DNA of 64,000 bases, taken from positions 5,169 to 69,168 of the IMG/VR virus record IMGVR_UViG_3300008459_000033; one strand, written 5' to 3'. The position numbers were made by a program, and so were the translations under genes. Numbering within the stretch: position 1 is the stretch's first letter; each line of letters starts with the position of its first letter. Of the stretch, positions 1-10,372 are shown piece after piece. The DNA comes from a virus. The notes beneath the pieces are model-generated. The model ran no database searches. It worked only from the letters and a program-made list of their open reading frames with translations, and was not told the DNA's origin.

Positions 1-1
1 A

Positions 2-313
2 AAACAGTTTAAACTTCGCGGTAAAGAGTCGTCAACAACTGACACGGGCATTGCTGAGAGAGACTATTATCTTGACCCCGATGAAATGTTTGCATTCTCA
101 GTAAACATAGCACATAATCTACATCGAAAGTTTGGAAAAACTGCTGTTAAAAAACTCAGCAATGTAAAGCGAGTAATTAAAGTTGACAGCTACCTAGCAG
201 ACTATTATTTTTGGTTTTATAACGATCAGCCGTTTAGACGTATGCTCAAGCTAATTTTCCAAAATCTACAGGCCATTGAGAAAGGACGAGTCTGTCACCG
301 TTCTTTAATTTGA
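2..313 (+). CDS. 3' end of a hypothetical phage protein (5'-truncated by the window)
   Basis: Frame open from base 2 (KQFKLRG...DYYLDPDEMFAFSVNIA...) to TGA at 311-313. Confidence 0.6.
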   Translation, partial: KQFKLRGKESSTTDTGIAERDYYLDPDEMFAFSVNIAHNLHRKFGKTAVKKLSNVKRVIKVDSYLADYYFWFYNDQPFRRMLKLIFQNLQAIEKGRVCHRSLI

Positions 314-352
314 TCTTCGATAAATACACTATCAAATAATGGATTTTAAACT

Positions 353-1240
353 ATGAGCCAAATTCAAATCGCTATGTCCGGAGTTACCGCTGGAAAATAC
401 GGAAACAGCAAGCAAATTCCTACCTTTACTGTAGATGCTAGAGGACGAATGACTTGGGCAGCTGATTTAGATATCGAAACTACGGTGACTGTAAAAGCTG
501 GAAATTACAACAAATCAATAAATCTAAATGTAGATACACTAAATTTCAACGACAGCGACACTGTATCTTTTGCACACACCGATGACGGTATTGTTGCAAA
601 TGTGAATCCAACAATCTATAGTAAATCAAAATTAGAATCTGCAGGGGCGTTGTTAAAGAACGACTACGGCGTTATACCCGGTGATCTTAGAGTAGAGAAT
701 AAATTACTCGCCTTTGGTGTTGATGCCGGATCTGCATCAATTACTGAATTAAAAGTAGACACTGTTAAATCAGCGTCTAATGAAATAGATTTTAAAATTA
801 AACAAATAAATCTACTTGCCGGCGAATCTACAGCCACTGGACCATTTGGAAATTCATTTGCTGGAATTTCATTGCTTCGATCACGAGGTAGTAACGATGC
901 TCCAATAAATGTTGAAGATCAAGATTGTCTTCATACTGTAGATTTTCGAGGATTTCAAGGCGAAGGTTATAAATCATTTGGTGGAATATCTTGCAAAATA
1001 TTTTCATACAACAATCAACTTACAGGTAATACATATCTTTATTCAATGGATGCCCAATTGAAATTAACCACCGCGGGGCTACTTGGACCAGTATTCATAG
1101 CTCCTTTGTTTTCATCATCGGGGTTAACAGAAGAAGAAAAATTAGCCGTACCACAAATGCCAGGACATATTGTCTATAATAAAACACTAGACAAATTCCA
1201 AGGATATACAAAGAATTCTGGTTGGGTAGATTTGAGTTAA
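353..1240 (+). CDS. Virion structural/tail-fibre-like protein
   Basis: GVTAGKYG..QIPTFTVDARGR motif and C-terminal GHIVYN...KFQGY...WVDL, both typical of phage fibre proteins; TAAATA at 321-326 upstream. Confidence 0.6.
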   Translation: MSQIQIAMSGVTAGKYGNSKQIPTFTVDARGRMTWAADLDIETTVTVKAGNYNKSINLNVDTLNFNDSDTVSFAHTDDGIVANVNPTIYSKSKLESAGALLKNDYGVIPGDLRVENKLLAFGVDAGSASITELKVDTVKSASNEIDFKIKQINLLAGESTATGPFGNSFAGISLLRSRGSNDAPINVEDQDCLHTVDFRGFQGEGYKSFGGISCKIFSYNNQLTGNTYLYSMDAQLKLTTAGLLGPVFIAPLFSSSGLTEEEKLAVPQMPGHIVYNKTLDKFQGYTKNSGWVDLS

Positions 1241-1503
1241 TGAATACTATCAAAGATTATAATGCCAAATACACTGTTTTACAAAACGGTGAGGTAATTA
1301 GAAAATTTGAAGCTAATCTATATGCATGGCAAGAAACGTTTAGACAGGTGTTTGGTCCCGGATCACATGCTGATAGTATGATACAAGAGTGGAATGGAAA
1401 AAATCAAATTTTTGTAGATCCCGTACATTGGGATAATCCAACTTGTTGTGCTTCTTGTAAAGAAGAAGCTAAAAAAATTATCGAAAAGGCAAATCAATCT
1501 TAA
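1240..1503 (+). CDS. Small hypothetical protein with CCASC motif
   Basis: ATG overlaps the upstream TAA (TAATG); 87 aa. Confidence 0.6.
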   Translation: MNTIKDYNAKYTVLQNGEVIRKFEANLYAWQETFRQVFGPGSHADSMIQEWNGKNQIFVDPVHWDNPTCCASCKEEAKKIIEKANQS

Positions 1504-1508
1504 ACTAA

Positions 1509-2240
1509 TCACAGGGGTGGATTATTTTTATGTCCCCACCAGTGGAGTTTAGTTTTTTCTTTTATAACATCCCAATCGATGTACAACGGTTTTTCTTCTC
1601 CAGTGTCTACAGTCATTACTTGTTTATGATGAACTATTCTACGCATTTGTTCTTTTAGAAATTCATTTTTATCTGTTTGACTAAACTTCCAATTATTAGG
1701 TCCAAAGATAGGACAACAATACACATTATCAGAATCTGGATCTTTTAAAAATTTCATTATATTAATTGCATCATCGGGATATGGAAGATTTAAAGAATCT
1801 AATGTGTTGATAATAAATTCAATGGATTTAATATAATATAGCATATACTCAGTATCGACACTTTCAAATGCCCAGAATGGAATAGCGGGCTTGTTACTAG
1901 GATATGAAAAACGCAAATACATATAATCCTTTCCGGCAACCTGTATAATGTTGTGTTCCATTAATTGATAAAATTTATAAGGAGATGAAATAGAAATTTC
2001 ATACAACTCATTATAAATTATTGGATCATTATCTGTAAAATGATCAGACAGTGATACTACAGATCCGTCATTTCCATAAAATTTTGCATATTTGTTGCTA
2101 TAGATATAGATTCCATCATCTGCATATTCTTGGATAAAACTACTCTTATCTTCAAATACCGGAATCTCTGCTCCGTGCGTGTACTCAGTTAGCTTATCCT
2201 TAGACCAGCTTTCTATTTTTTGTTTTAACTGTTCTTTCAT
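1509..2240 (-). CDS. Hypothetical protein
   Basis: 243-aa ORF overlapping the sulfotransferase stop (ATGA). Confidence 0.7.
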   Translation of the reverse strand: MKEQLKQKIESWSKDKLTEYTHGAEIPVFEDKSSFIQEYADDGIYIYSNKYAKFYGNDGSVVSLSDHFTDNDPIIYNELYEISISSPYKFYQLMEHNIIQVAGKDYMYLRFSYPSNKPAIPFWAFESVDTEYMLYYIKSIEFIINTLDSLNLPYPDDAINIMKFLKDPDSDNVYCCPIFGPNNWKFSQTDKNEFLKEQMRRIVHHKQVMTVDTGEEKPLYIDWDVIKEKTKLHWWGHKNNPPL

Positions 2241-2848
2241 GTTGGATATGTGTACTTTAAAAAATCTAAATCTCTTTCAAACATTCTTGCTATTGTTTTT
2301 TTACTTTTTGTACTAAAATATTTCCAGTGCTCGTTATGATCAAACTCAGTTAAATCTGGTAACTCAACATTGCAATTCAAATATTCTTGAACTATTTTAA
2401 AATCAGTTTCTAATTGTTCGGCTTTTAAAATAAAATCAACACATTCATTATTATAATTTAAAAAATCTATCTGGCAATGAAATCGATTAAACCACCTAGG
2501 AAAGTCAAATACTATTTCTGGATTAGCATAGTCTTCTATCCAATCATCAAAGGGTTTTAAATCCATTAGTGATTGATCATTCCAATCTAACCAATACCCT
2601 TCAGAAGAAATTTTTCTATAAAAACTCCATACCCTTGCCCATGGATTGCGAACAACACTAACAGTCTTTCCAGTTGGGATATGATCCCTAACCATTTTTA
2701 AATTAGGATGATCGATCATCCAACTGTCGGTGTCATTTACTATGAAGTTGGGTTTAAGCCAAGATGAAATAATTTTTTTCATTCCCATGCCAGTGCGGGG
2801 AATATGAATGTAGCTTAGTTGCGGATCTTGAATGTGGAACGTTCCCAT
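2237..2848 (-). CDS. Sulfotransferase family 2 protein
   Basis: HIPRTG 5'-PSB-like motif and VRNPWARVWSFY 3'-PB motif; start moved to the ATG just after a minus-strand TATAAATA. Confidence 0.8.
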   Translation of the reverse strand: MGTFHIQDPQLSYIHIPRTGMGMKKIISSWLKPNFIVNDTDSWMIDHPNLKMVRDHIPTGKTVSVVRNPWARVWSFYRKISSEGYWLDWNDQSLMDLKPFDDWIEDYANPEIVFDFPRWFNRFHCQIDFLNYNNECVDFILKAEQLETDFKIVQEYLNCNVELPDLTEFDHNEHWKYFSTKSKKTIARMFERDLDFLKYTYPT

Positions 2849-2886
2849 GAAATATTTATACGTCAATTTAACTAGGTAAATATTTC

Positions 2887-3723
2887 ATGAACATTTTTGA
2901 TCTTAGAAAGTTACAGTTATCTGGTCCCACAGATGTTATGTCTGCATTGCGTAGTATTGTTATAAATCCTATCGAAACTTGTAATCGAGTCTGCGTATTT
3001 TGTCCTAGAAGTACTGTATCAGTTGACACTTCTAAACAATATAAAATTAATTTAGATTTAATAACAAAAATAGCCAATGACTTAAGAAATATAAATTATA
3101 ACGGCCGCATTGGTCTAAACGGATTTGGCGAACCATTATTACACGACGACATAGACCAATGTGTAAGAATCTTAAAAGATAATATTCCCAAATTAACGTG
3201 GTTAGAAATACAGACCAACGGCGATAACTTAACTAGAAATAAAGTGCAACAACTTGCTGATGCTGGGTGTAATACTCTTTCCATAAGCATGTATGACGAC
3301 GATCAATCTGAGAAATTTAAATCTATGTGTTGGGATATTAATATCGAATTGGTTCTAAGACATCACTATGATAAAAGTAAAAATTATAATCTCAATCTTA
3401 TCAATAGACTAGATTTAGTTAAATTAGAATCACAAGAACTTAATATTGAAAAACAATGTTATTTGCCATTTTATAAATTTTTTATTGACTGGGATGGTAA
3501 AGTTTTGTTGTGTAATAATGATGTTGGTAAGTTTACTAACATGGGAAATGTTTATAATGAAACTATACAAGACATTTGGTTAGGTGAAAAATTCAATGTT
3601 TACAGAAAACATCTACTAGCTGGAGATAGAAAAAGTTGCAGCCCATGCAATAGATGTAATATTCAAGGTACATTACTAGGGAAAGAGAGTTTCGATATAT
3701 TTGAAAAAACTCTAACATGCTAA
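2887..3723 (+). CDS. Radical SAM/SPASM-domain protein
   Basis: CNRVCVFC, GEPLLH, TNG; C-terminal CYLPF..DG.V.LC..GN...CSPCNRC. Confidence 0.9.
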   Translation: MNIFDLRKLQLSGPTDVMSALRSIVINPIETCNRVCVFCPRSTVSVDTSKQYKINLDLITKIANDLRNINYNGRIGLNGFGEPLLHDDIDQCVRILKDNIPKLTWLEIQTNGDNLTRNKVQQLADAGCNTLSISMYDDDQSEKFKSMCWDINIELVLRHHYDKSKNYNLNLINRLDLVKLESQELNIEKQCYLPFYKFFIDWDGKVLLCNNDVGKFTNMGNVYNETIQDIWLGEKFNVYRKHLLAGDRKSCSPCNRCNIQGTLLGKESFDIFEKTLTC

Positions 3724-4262
3724 ACTCTAGAATAATAATAGACCCGTGGCAACACTGGTTAGTTGATGACTTTTTATCTTCAAACTGTTTGGCAGAAGTC
3801 AAACAGATAGGCAGTGCCCACGAACAGCAAGTTTACGGAAAACGATCGGGCAGTGTGCGAATGTTTATAACCGACAAACATCAAGATACCTATCCTAATC
3901 TTTATAACCTATATCAAAGCTTACATCAGGGAGAGTATCGAGATTTTTTTGAGAAACAGACTAATCAGTCATTTGAGGGATTGTTTCCTAGAGTGGAGGT
4001 TATCAGTGACTACGGTCAATTCTATCTGCATCCACACACTGATCGAACCGAAAAAAAATTAACAGCAATTGTATACACCGACTACAAAAAATTGTATCCG
4101 GGAACTGCACTCAGCGATGATTATAGAATACCAGCAGCTGACAATAGATGTTTTTTCTTTGTGCCAAGTCAAGATACTGTTCACAGTTATCCATTAACTA
4201 ATTTTACTGAAATTAGAAGATGCTTACAAATTAATTATTGGACATATTATGAAGAACATTAA
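3717..4262 (+). CDS. 2OG-Fe(II) oxygenase
   Basis: HTD...H...R facial-triad pattern. Confidence 0.8.
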   Translation: MLNSRIIIDPWQHWLVDDFLSSNCLAEVKQIGSAHEQQVYGKRSGSVRMFITDKHQDTYPNLYNLYQSLHQGEYRDFFEKQTNQSFEGLFPRVEVISDYGQFYLHPHTDRTEKKLTAIVYTDYKKLYPGTALSDDYRIPAADNRCFFFVPSQDTVHSYPLTNFTEIRRCLQINYWTYYEEH

Positions 4263-5082
4263 AAATTTTATAATTAATCAATTTATTCCATTACATTCAA
4301 ATCACATGACCGATAGTAGTGACTTAAATTCTAATTGGGATTTTTGCAAAGACTTCTATGGAAAATTTTCTTTACAATTAATTAATTTTAAAAAAAATGA
4401 TCACCGAGTGCATTTACCATCCAAAACTGCATTTAGAAAAATATTTTTAAATTATCTCAACGATCCCGACAATTCTTCGCACTTTTTTAAAACACAATGG
4501 GTACTAAGTGAGTACTTGACTGTGGGATGGAAATATCCAGTACAGGCAGTATGGAATTCTCGTATGCGTTGGTGGGAAATACATCCCGGATATTTAAGAG
4601 GATTAATTTATAATTTACTCGAAGTGGAAGAATGGACCGCATGGTATCAACCAACTAGCAATAGAGTAGTTTCGTCTTTCAACGAATTTACATCCCCGGA
4701 TGAAATTACTAGTTATTTTTTAGACAGCCATCATGTCTCAACACATGTGGTAAATTATTTTAATAAACCGTTAATGGCGATTTGCATTCATGTATCTGAT
4801 AACGGTGATAGTACTCAAATACATAAAAATATATTTCAACAGAATGTTCAACGTGGGATAAACATCAAGGGCACTGATGACATAATTCAGCAAGTTAAAA
4901 ATGAAGTTGCTAATTGGCCAAATAGTTATATCAAGAATCAAGTAGTATACAATCAAGATTCTTTTCCATCACTAACAATAGAAAAATTTGATAAAAATAA
5001 TTTTTATGCTGGCCTTTATTTGTTTGGTAGTAAAGTTATAAATTTTCAACAGCTAAATTTAAATTATAGGAATGTTAAATGA
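4249..5082 (+). CDS. Hypothetical protein
   Basis: 277-aa ORF overlapping both neighbours. Confidence 0.7.
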   Translation: MKNIKNFIINQFIPLHSNHMTDSSDLNSNWDFCKDFYGKFSLQLINFKKNDHRVHLPSKTAFRKIFLNYLNDPDNSSHFFKTQWVLSEYLTVGWKYPVQAVWNSRMRWWEIHPGYLRGLIYNLLEVEEWTAWYQPTSNRVVSSFNEFTSPDEITSYFLDSHHVSTHVVNYFNKPLMAICIHVSDNGDSTQIHKNIFQQNVQRGINIKGTDDIIQQVKNEVANWPNSYIKNQVVYNQDSFPSLTIEKFDKNNFYAGLYLFGSKVINFQQLNLNYRNVK

Positions 5083-5720
5083 AAATAGGATTCTTTGGAG
5101 ATAGTTTTTGTGCATACCTATACGGTATTGATGGCAAACCAATGCCATACAAGACTTACATAGAAAAATTAAAAGATCATTATGACGCAGAAATAACACA
5201 TCTAGGTCAACCTGGGTCTAGCATATGGGATACAATACTTTTACAATTTCCAGATTTTATCGAATCTCCTCCTGACATCTGTATTTTTGCATGGACAAAC
5301 CCGGATAGATTTTTTGATAGGGTAGTACGGAAGATTAAACCTACATACATCGGTGGCAAATATTCTGATCCAAATGTTTGGAACGCTGTTGATATGTATT
5401 ACAAATATTTGTATGACGAAGAAAAAGTAGTTGCCGAAGCAGCAGCAGCCGTGAGATACTTTGACGAAGCAGTTTTATCAAAGATAAATTCTAAGATATT
5501 TCATGCATGGTGTTTTCCGGTTGACTGGAAATTTAAGAATGCTGATTACACCTACAAATTTAAACACGGGTTTGAACTAGATTACCCGTTGGGATATTTT
5601 TCTCATGTATCGGGTAGCAAAGGAACTAATTCTCCAAACCACATAGGCGGAGATGAATATAATCAAAAACTGTTTGAGATTATTCGGGATGCTGTTGATG
5701 CTCAGCGTTTAATTAGCTGA
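5079..5720 (+). CDS. SGNH/GDSL hydrolase-like protein
   Basis: N-terminal FFGDSF, G.PGSS, C-terminal PNH. Confidence 0.75.
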   Translation: MKIGFFGDSFCAYLYGIDGKPMPYKTYIEKLKDHYDAEITHLGQPGSSIWDTILLQFPDFIESPPDICIFAWTNPDRFFDRVVRKIKPTYIGGKYSDPNVWNAVDMYYKYLYDEEKVVAEAAAAVRYFDEAVLSKINSKIFHAWCFPVDWKFKNADYTYKFKHGFELDYPLGYFSHVSGSKGTNSPNHIGGDEYNQKLFEIIRDAVDAQRLIS

Positions 5721-6469
5721 ATAAGACGACCCATTAAATCCCACTCCCACCATTTTTCTCCACTATGACTGTTACCACTTTTAGCATGATGGTTATTGTG
5801 CCACCCATCGCCTAAACTCACAATATTAGCAATCCAGCTATTGGTACTTTGATCTCTAGTATCATATGTTCGATATCCGTGACGATGACCAAATACATTG
5901 ACGACTCCAATTAAATGAACTGTCATACTAGCTGGAACTACATAGACAAACAACCATAATACTGGATCATACAAAATTATTATTAAAGAAAATGCAAATA
6001 TTATTTTAAAGTAATTTTGAAAAATAAATTTGTGTGTTTTATCTTTTATAAGATCCTTGACGTAACCTATGGGAATATTAGGAATTTGCCAATCATACCC
6101 TAACCACACCTTAACCGCTTGTACAAAATTAAACTTTCCGTTGATATACGGGCTATGCGGATCACCTTCTCTATCGGAGGTTGCGTGATGTTGTCGATGT
6201 AATGCAACCCAACTGATTGTAGGACCTACTGTTGAGATTACACTAATATAACTCAACACTTTTTCTAGCCATTCATAGGTTTTAAAACTTCGATGTGTTA
6301 ACAACCTATGCAAGGTAATAACACTGCTGATAGGACCAATTATTAACCAAGATATAAATGCAATCGCAAATAGATAATGTTGTTGTGTATAGATAGCATA
6401 GACAATAGCAGGAATGGTTGCTAAGTGATTGAACGTTTGTAATAATCTAACTTTGTTATTTAAATTCAT
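5702..6469 (-). CDS. Membrane fatty-acid (delta-9-type) desaturase
   Basis: Three His boxes HRLLTH, HRQHH, HNNHH; DPHSP; transmembrane segments. Confidence 0.92.
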   Translation of the reverse strand: MNLNNKVRLLQTFNHLATIPAIVYAIYTQQHYLFAIAFISWLIIGPISSVITLHRLLTHRSFKTYEWLEKVLSYISVISTVGPTISWVALHRQHHATSDREGDPHSPYINGKFNFVQAVKVWLGYDWQIPNIPIGYVKDLIKDKTHKFIFQNYFKIIFAFSLIIILYDPVLWLFVYVVPASMTVHLIGVVNVFGHRHGYRTYDTRDQSTNSWIANIVSLGDGWHNNHHAKSGNSHSGEKWWEWDLMGRLIQLIKR

Positions 6470-7077
6470 ATACCTTCAGGCATTGCTGCCCAGCCCTCGT
6501 CATTAATTATTGCAGGATTCCATTCTGCAAACTTCCCCGGAACTGCTTCGTAGTAAACATAATTTTGCCAACACTTCTGTACCTGTGCGTTGCAGGTTTG
6601 AATGTATCCGGAACCCAACGACCATTTACTATTACTAGCAATGCTCATATGTTTAACCCAAGCATCCCACCAACGTTTGCCGCCACGCGGCCTATTTTGC
6701 ATAGTAATCAAATATACATCATACGAATTTACTTTTTCTAATGCATCGATTAAACTACAGGTAACCCTAAACCCATCAGTCATATCGGTATGCTTCATAC
6801 GAAATTCGGGAAACGTGTAGAGTCGATTAATCTGCTTGGCTATATTTTTTGGATATCGCCCGTCATTAAACACTCCCCCCATTACCATAGGCTTACCAGT
6901 TGACTTTTGATAGACCACTCCGTAGCCTGTGTGTTGCTCTACCAATAAGTTTTCTTTGGTATAGTTACTACGTAACCAATTATTTTCTTCCAGGCAGATG
7001 TTTCGTACGGATTCAAACTCCGGACTTGATTCGTAGTATATTTTAATTTCGGTATTGGATAGATCGTATCTGTACAT
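6466..7077 (-). CDS. GNAT-like acyltransferase (putative)
   Basis: INRLYTFPEFR resembles GNAT motif A; coupled to the desaturase. Confidence 0.45.
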   Translation of the reverse strand: MYRYDLSNTEIKIYYESSPEFESVRNICLEENNWLRSNYTKENLLVEQHTGYGVVYQKSTGKPMVMGGVFNDGRYPKNIAKQINRLYTFPEFRMKHTDMTDGFRVTCSLIDALEKVNSYDVYLITMQNRPRGGKRWWDAWVKHMSIASNSKWSLGSGYIQTCNAQVQKCWQNYVYYEAVPGKFAEWNPAIINDEGWAAMPEGI

Positions 7078-7109
7078 TTTTTATAGTAGCAGTTTATTTA
7101 CTTAAATAT

Positions 7110-7733
7110 ATGATGATAGAAAATATTCTAACCAAATTAAATTTTAATGTTGACATCAAAGAACTGCATGAATATTATAATACACTCAACACTAGATTTC
7201 AACATTTAGATTGGAGTTGGAGTAAGTGTGGAGATACTGTTGTTAAACAATGGCGAGATGCTGCTCATGCAGATCCTGCCAATCTGCTCACCCATGGTTG
7301 GGCCATACAAAGCAATTTAAAAGATATAACATTACCTTGTCCGCCTTGGAATATCAGTACATTAGAAACTGTGGAATATAGAAACACCGAATTAGTGTTT
7401 GGTATCGTCGAAAGATTACAGGCAGCAATACCATATGCGTATCGTTGGGCAGTGAGTGTTCAGCCGCCGGGTGGCAAAGTAAGTCTGCATTCAGATCAAG
7501 AAGATGAGTGTACAGTATGGATTCCAATTTTTACTAACGGAGTTGCTATTACCTTTGTTACAGATAACAAGGACACTGCTTATTGTTTAGACTGTGACGG
7601 TAGTGTCTACTTACTAGATACTACGATTCCGCATTTTACATACAATGCTTCTGAACAAGATCGTGTTGCTATTATTTTTAGAATAAAACAAACAAGCTTG
7701 CCTGAATTATTAAAGGCAACGGGCACATTATGA
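7110..7733 (+). CDS. Asp/Asn beta-hydroxylase-like 2OG-Fe(II) oxygenase
   Basis: PGGKVSLHSD, WIPI, LDTTIPH...N...R. Confidence 0.8.
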   Translation: MMIENILTKLNFNVDIKELHEYYNTLNTRFQHLDWSWSKCGDTVVKQWRDAAHADPANLLTHGWAIQSNLKDITLPCPPWNISTLETVEYRNTELVFGIVERLQAAIPYAYRWAVSVQPPGGKVSLHSDQEDECTVWIPIFTNGVAITFVTDNKDTAYCLDCDGSVYLLDTTIPHFTYNASEQDRVAIIFRIKQTSLPELLKATGTL

Positions 7734-8377
7734 AATTAGCATACGTACCAATCGACATTCCAGTTAAGATACCCGACGAAACAAAAGTCTTAGAATGGTT
7801 TGAAGCTCATAAATTAACAGATACTGACTATTGGGAATATAAACAAGGGCGGCATGCGTGGGCTATGATATCAACTTGCAAACAACCAAAAGACTGGCGC
7901 AGGTATGATCCAGCTATGTGGGAGAATCGTAGAGTGGAAGGCGAGAACGAAGGAGTACTATTTCATCCCGGCTTTGAAGAAGCATTTCCAGAAATTGCTA
8001 ACTGCATAAAACAACTGCCATTTAAACAATTAACTGTCAGTGGTATGTTGTATCAACTAAACGAAATACCTGCTCACCAAGATACACTCGATCCTAATAA
8101 TCCTACCGAACCTAGGCGCTACACTATATACTTAACTGCTCCAGAACATAATACATTTTATGTTTCTAAAACACCTGACAGTGAAAAAATCATAGTTAAG
8201 GTAAATCCAGAGTATTCGTGTTTTGTTTTCAACAATTTTGATTGTTGGCACGGGGCACTAAAAAATGATCGTCCTAAAATTATTTTAACTGCTGCAGGAA
8301 TTTTAGATAACGAAAAGCACAATGCATTATTAGCAAGAAGTTTAGAAAAATTTAAAGACCAAGCGATATACCTATGA
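7730..8377 (+). CDS. 2OG-Fe(II) oxygenase-like protein
   Basis: PAHQD...FNN..WHG; paralog of 30037..30714. Confidence 0.7.
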   Translation: MKLAYVPIDIPVKIPDETKVLEWFEAHKLTDTDYWEYKQGRHAWAMISTCKQPKDWRRYDPAMWENRRVEGENEGVLFHPGFEEAFPEIANCIKQLPFKQLTVSGMLYQLNEIPAHQDTLDPNNPTEPRRYTIYLTAPEHNTFYVSKTPDSEKIIVKVNPEYSCFVFNNFDCWHGALKNDRPKIILTAAGILDNEKHNALLARSLEKFKDQAIYL

Positions 8378-9063
8378 AGTATGATTATTATTGGAACGAT
8401 ATACCCGGCGTAGGATTGTCAAGAAACAATCTCATTTATACCAGCCTTATATCCGAAGATAAAAAAACATTTGTTCAATGGTATTTCAACGATGTAAATT
8501 ATCACAAAGATCAGAACGAGATTGTCGACTCTAATAAAATGGAATTAAAATGGTTGCGAGAAGTTAACTACCTTACGCAGATGAGAAACAATTACCCTAA
8601 CTTAGTTCCTACAATTAAAAATATTGACCTTGATAACAGAAAATTGTATTTAGAAATTGACGGACTAGATTTTTGGAACCGTGCAGGATGCCTAACGGAA
8701 AACTATGATAGGGTGTTACCTGATTGGCAAGAACAGATGTTAAACATTATTCAAACACATCGCAATTTAGGGTGGTATAAATTCAGTATGCATCCTAGCA
8801 GTTATTTTATAGTAGATGGCAAATTAAAAAGTATTAACTACTTTTTTACATATCGTGAAAACGAAGGACCTATTAGCATAGCAGATCATAGCAGCCACAT
8901 TCACAGTCAACGGCAAGAAATTATGCGTAAGCAAGTGGAGGCAATGGGATTAGACTGGAATGCCCCTCAACCACTAGGTAAACTACAAGAATTATGTTTT
9001 GAAAGTTTTAGAACAAATTATCCTGCAGACTTTATAGAAAAGGCAAAAGCAATTTATGATTAA
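8374..9063 (+). CDS. Protein-kinase-like fold protein with degenerate catalytic motifs
   Basis: WLREV..L, LVP, YKFSMHPSSYFIVDGKLKSINYF aligns by eye with HxDxHPxN...DF. Confidence 0.5.
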   Translation: MKYDYYWNDIPGVGLSRNNLIYTSLISEDKKTFVQWYFNDVNYHKDQNEIVDSNKMELKWLREVNYLTQMRNNYPNLVPTIKNIDLDNRKLYLEIDGLDFWNRAGCLTENYDRVLPDWQEQMLNIIQTHRNLGWYKFSMHPSSYFIVDGKLKSINYFFTYRENEGPISIADHSSHIHSQRQEIMRKQVEAMGLDWNAPQPLGKLQELCFESFRTNYPADFIEKAKAIYD

Positions 9064-9853
9064 AGGTATTAACAATCAGCCATATATCGATATGACCCCA
9101 TTTCTTGATATGAATACGTTCGATCAATTGCAACCCGAAATATTTCGAGGCTTTGCAGATGCTCGCGAATTTGCTAAAGAAGGCACCTGGATGAAGCCCG
9201 CTTTTAAAATAGAAGATATGAGTTACATTCCTAATTGGAAACCTATCTATAAAGCAATAGAAGAATTCTTAGACTTGCCAGACGACAATCCCATTAAGCA
9301 GGGCGGCATTGACTTATACAGAGACTTTCAAGATTTTACAGTACGCAATAAATTTACTCGATATATTAAAATGGCCATGGGAGCATACGATCCTTACATT
9401 TATTACTTCCTATGGGAACAAGGTAGTTGGGATGATCGAAGTGCTACTAGAAAACTCACACCCGAAGCTGCACACTTTCCAGGAACAGTTGCATGGGTAG
9501 AAAATTTAATTACCTCAGGTATATTTGAAAATATAGGACGAGTAATATTCTTCCATTGTGAAGCCGGGGGAATTCCGTTTGAACACAGAGACTTAGACGG
9601 TGAAAGAGGATTGCAAGAGGGATACACTGAAAATATAAACGAGTTTATACACATTCGACCTAATACAAAAAAACCGTTTTATTTGTGGGACCCAGAAACT
9701 AGAAATCATACATACATCAATAGTCGTGCTGCGTGGTGGAATGATCAAGATTGGCACGGTGGTAATGCCACTATGGAACAAAGCTACGGGTTACGTATTG
9801 ATGGTAAGTTTACAGAAGCATTCAAATTACTTATAGCCAGTAAAGGTCAATAG
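9056..9853 (+). CDS. 2OG-Fe(II) oxygenase-like protein
   Basis: EHRD...DWHGG...LRIDG. Confidence 0.7.
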   Translation: MIKGINNQPYIDMTPFLDMNTFDQLQPEIFRGFADAREFAKEGTWMKPAFKIEDMSYIPNWKPIYKAIEEFLDLPDDNPIKQGGIDLYRDFQDFTVRNKFTRYIKMAMGAYDPYIYYFLWEQGSWDDRSATRKLTPEAAHFPGTVAWVENLITSGIFENIGRVIFFHCEAGGIPFEHRDLDGERGLQEGYTENINEFIHIRPNTKKPFYLWDPETRNHTYINSRAAWWNDQDWHGGNATMEQSYGLRIDGKFTEAFKLLIASKGQ

Positions 9854-10372
9854 AAACTTAGGTGCCAGTCCAACATTAGAACCTGCATGCCAGGAATGTA
9901 AATCGGCATATTGATATATGGCACCTTGCTGTTCCATATAATATGCATCGTCGGCTGTGACAAATATATGTCCTGCGGCTGGCTTACTTAAAAAACAAAA
10001 ATATCTTACAAGCGTACCTAGTTGTTCGTGTTCTTTTTCCTGGGGGTTAATGTCCCAATGCCATGGTGTACATTTTCCCGGACGTATTTCACTAACCCAA
10101 CACATTAGCGGTTTGGCATTAACTGCCATGCCAATGACAAGTTCATAATTTTTATGAAAATGTATGCCGGATTGATAGTGACGATATTCTACAGTATGTT
10201 CGTCGTATCCTACAGATTTTAATATCTCAGTCTGATTAAGATAATCTTTATAGTATGGATTATCTTTGGGTAGTTCCATATGCCCGTGACTAGGTTCGAC
10301 TATGTGAGTGCTAAGTTCTTTAATTAGACCTTCACAAACTTCTTTGCCGAGTGTAGCTATATGATGTTTCAT
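9827..10372 (-). CDS. 2OG-Fe(II) oxygenase-like protein
   Basis: PGKCTPWHWD...WHAGSN. Confidence 0.75.
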   Translation of the reverse strand: MKHHIATLGKEVCEGLIKELSTHIVEPSHGHMELPKDNPYYKDYLNQTEILKSVGYDEHTVEYRHYQSGIHFHKNYELVIGMAVNAKPLMCWVSEIRPGKCTPWHWDINPQEKEHEQLGTLVRYFCFLSKPAAGHIFVTADDAYYMEQQGAIYQYADLHSWHAGSNVGLAPKFLLTFTGYK

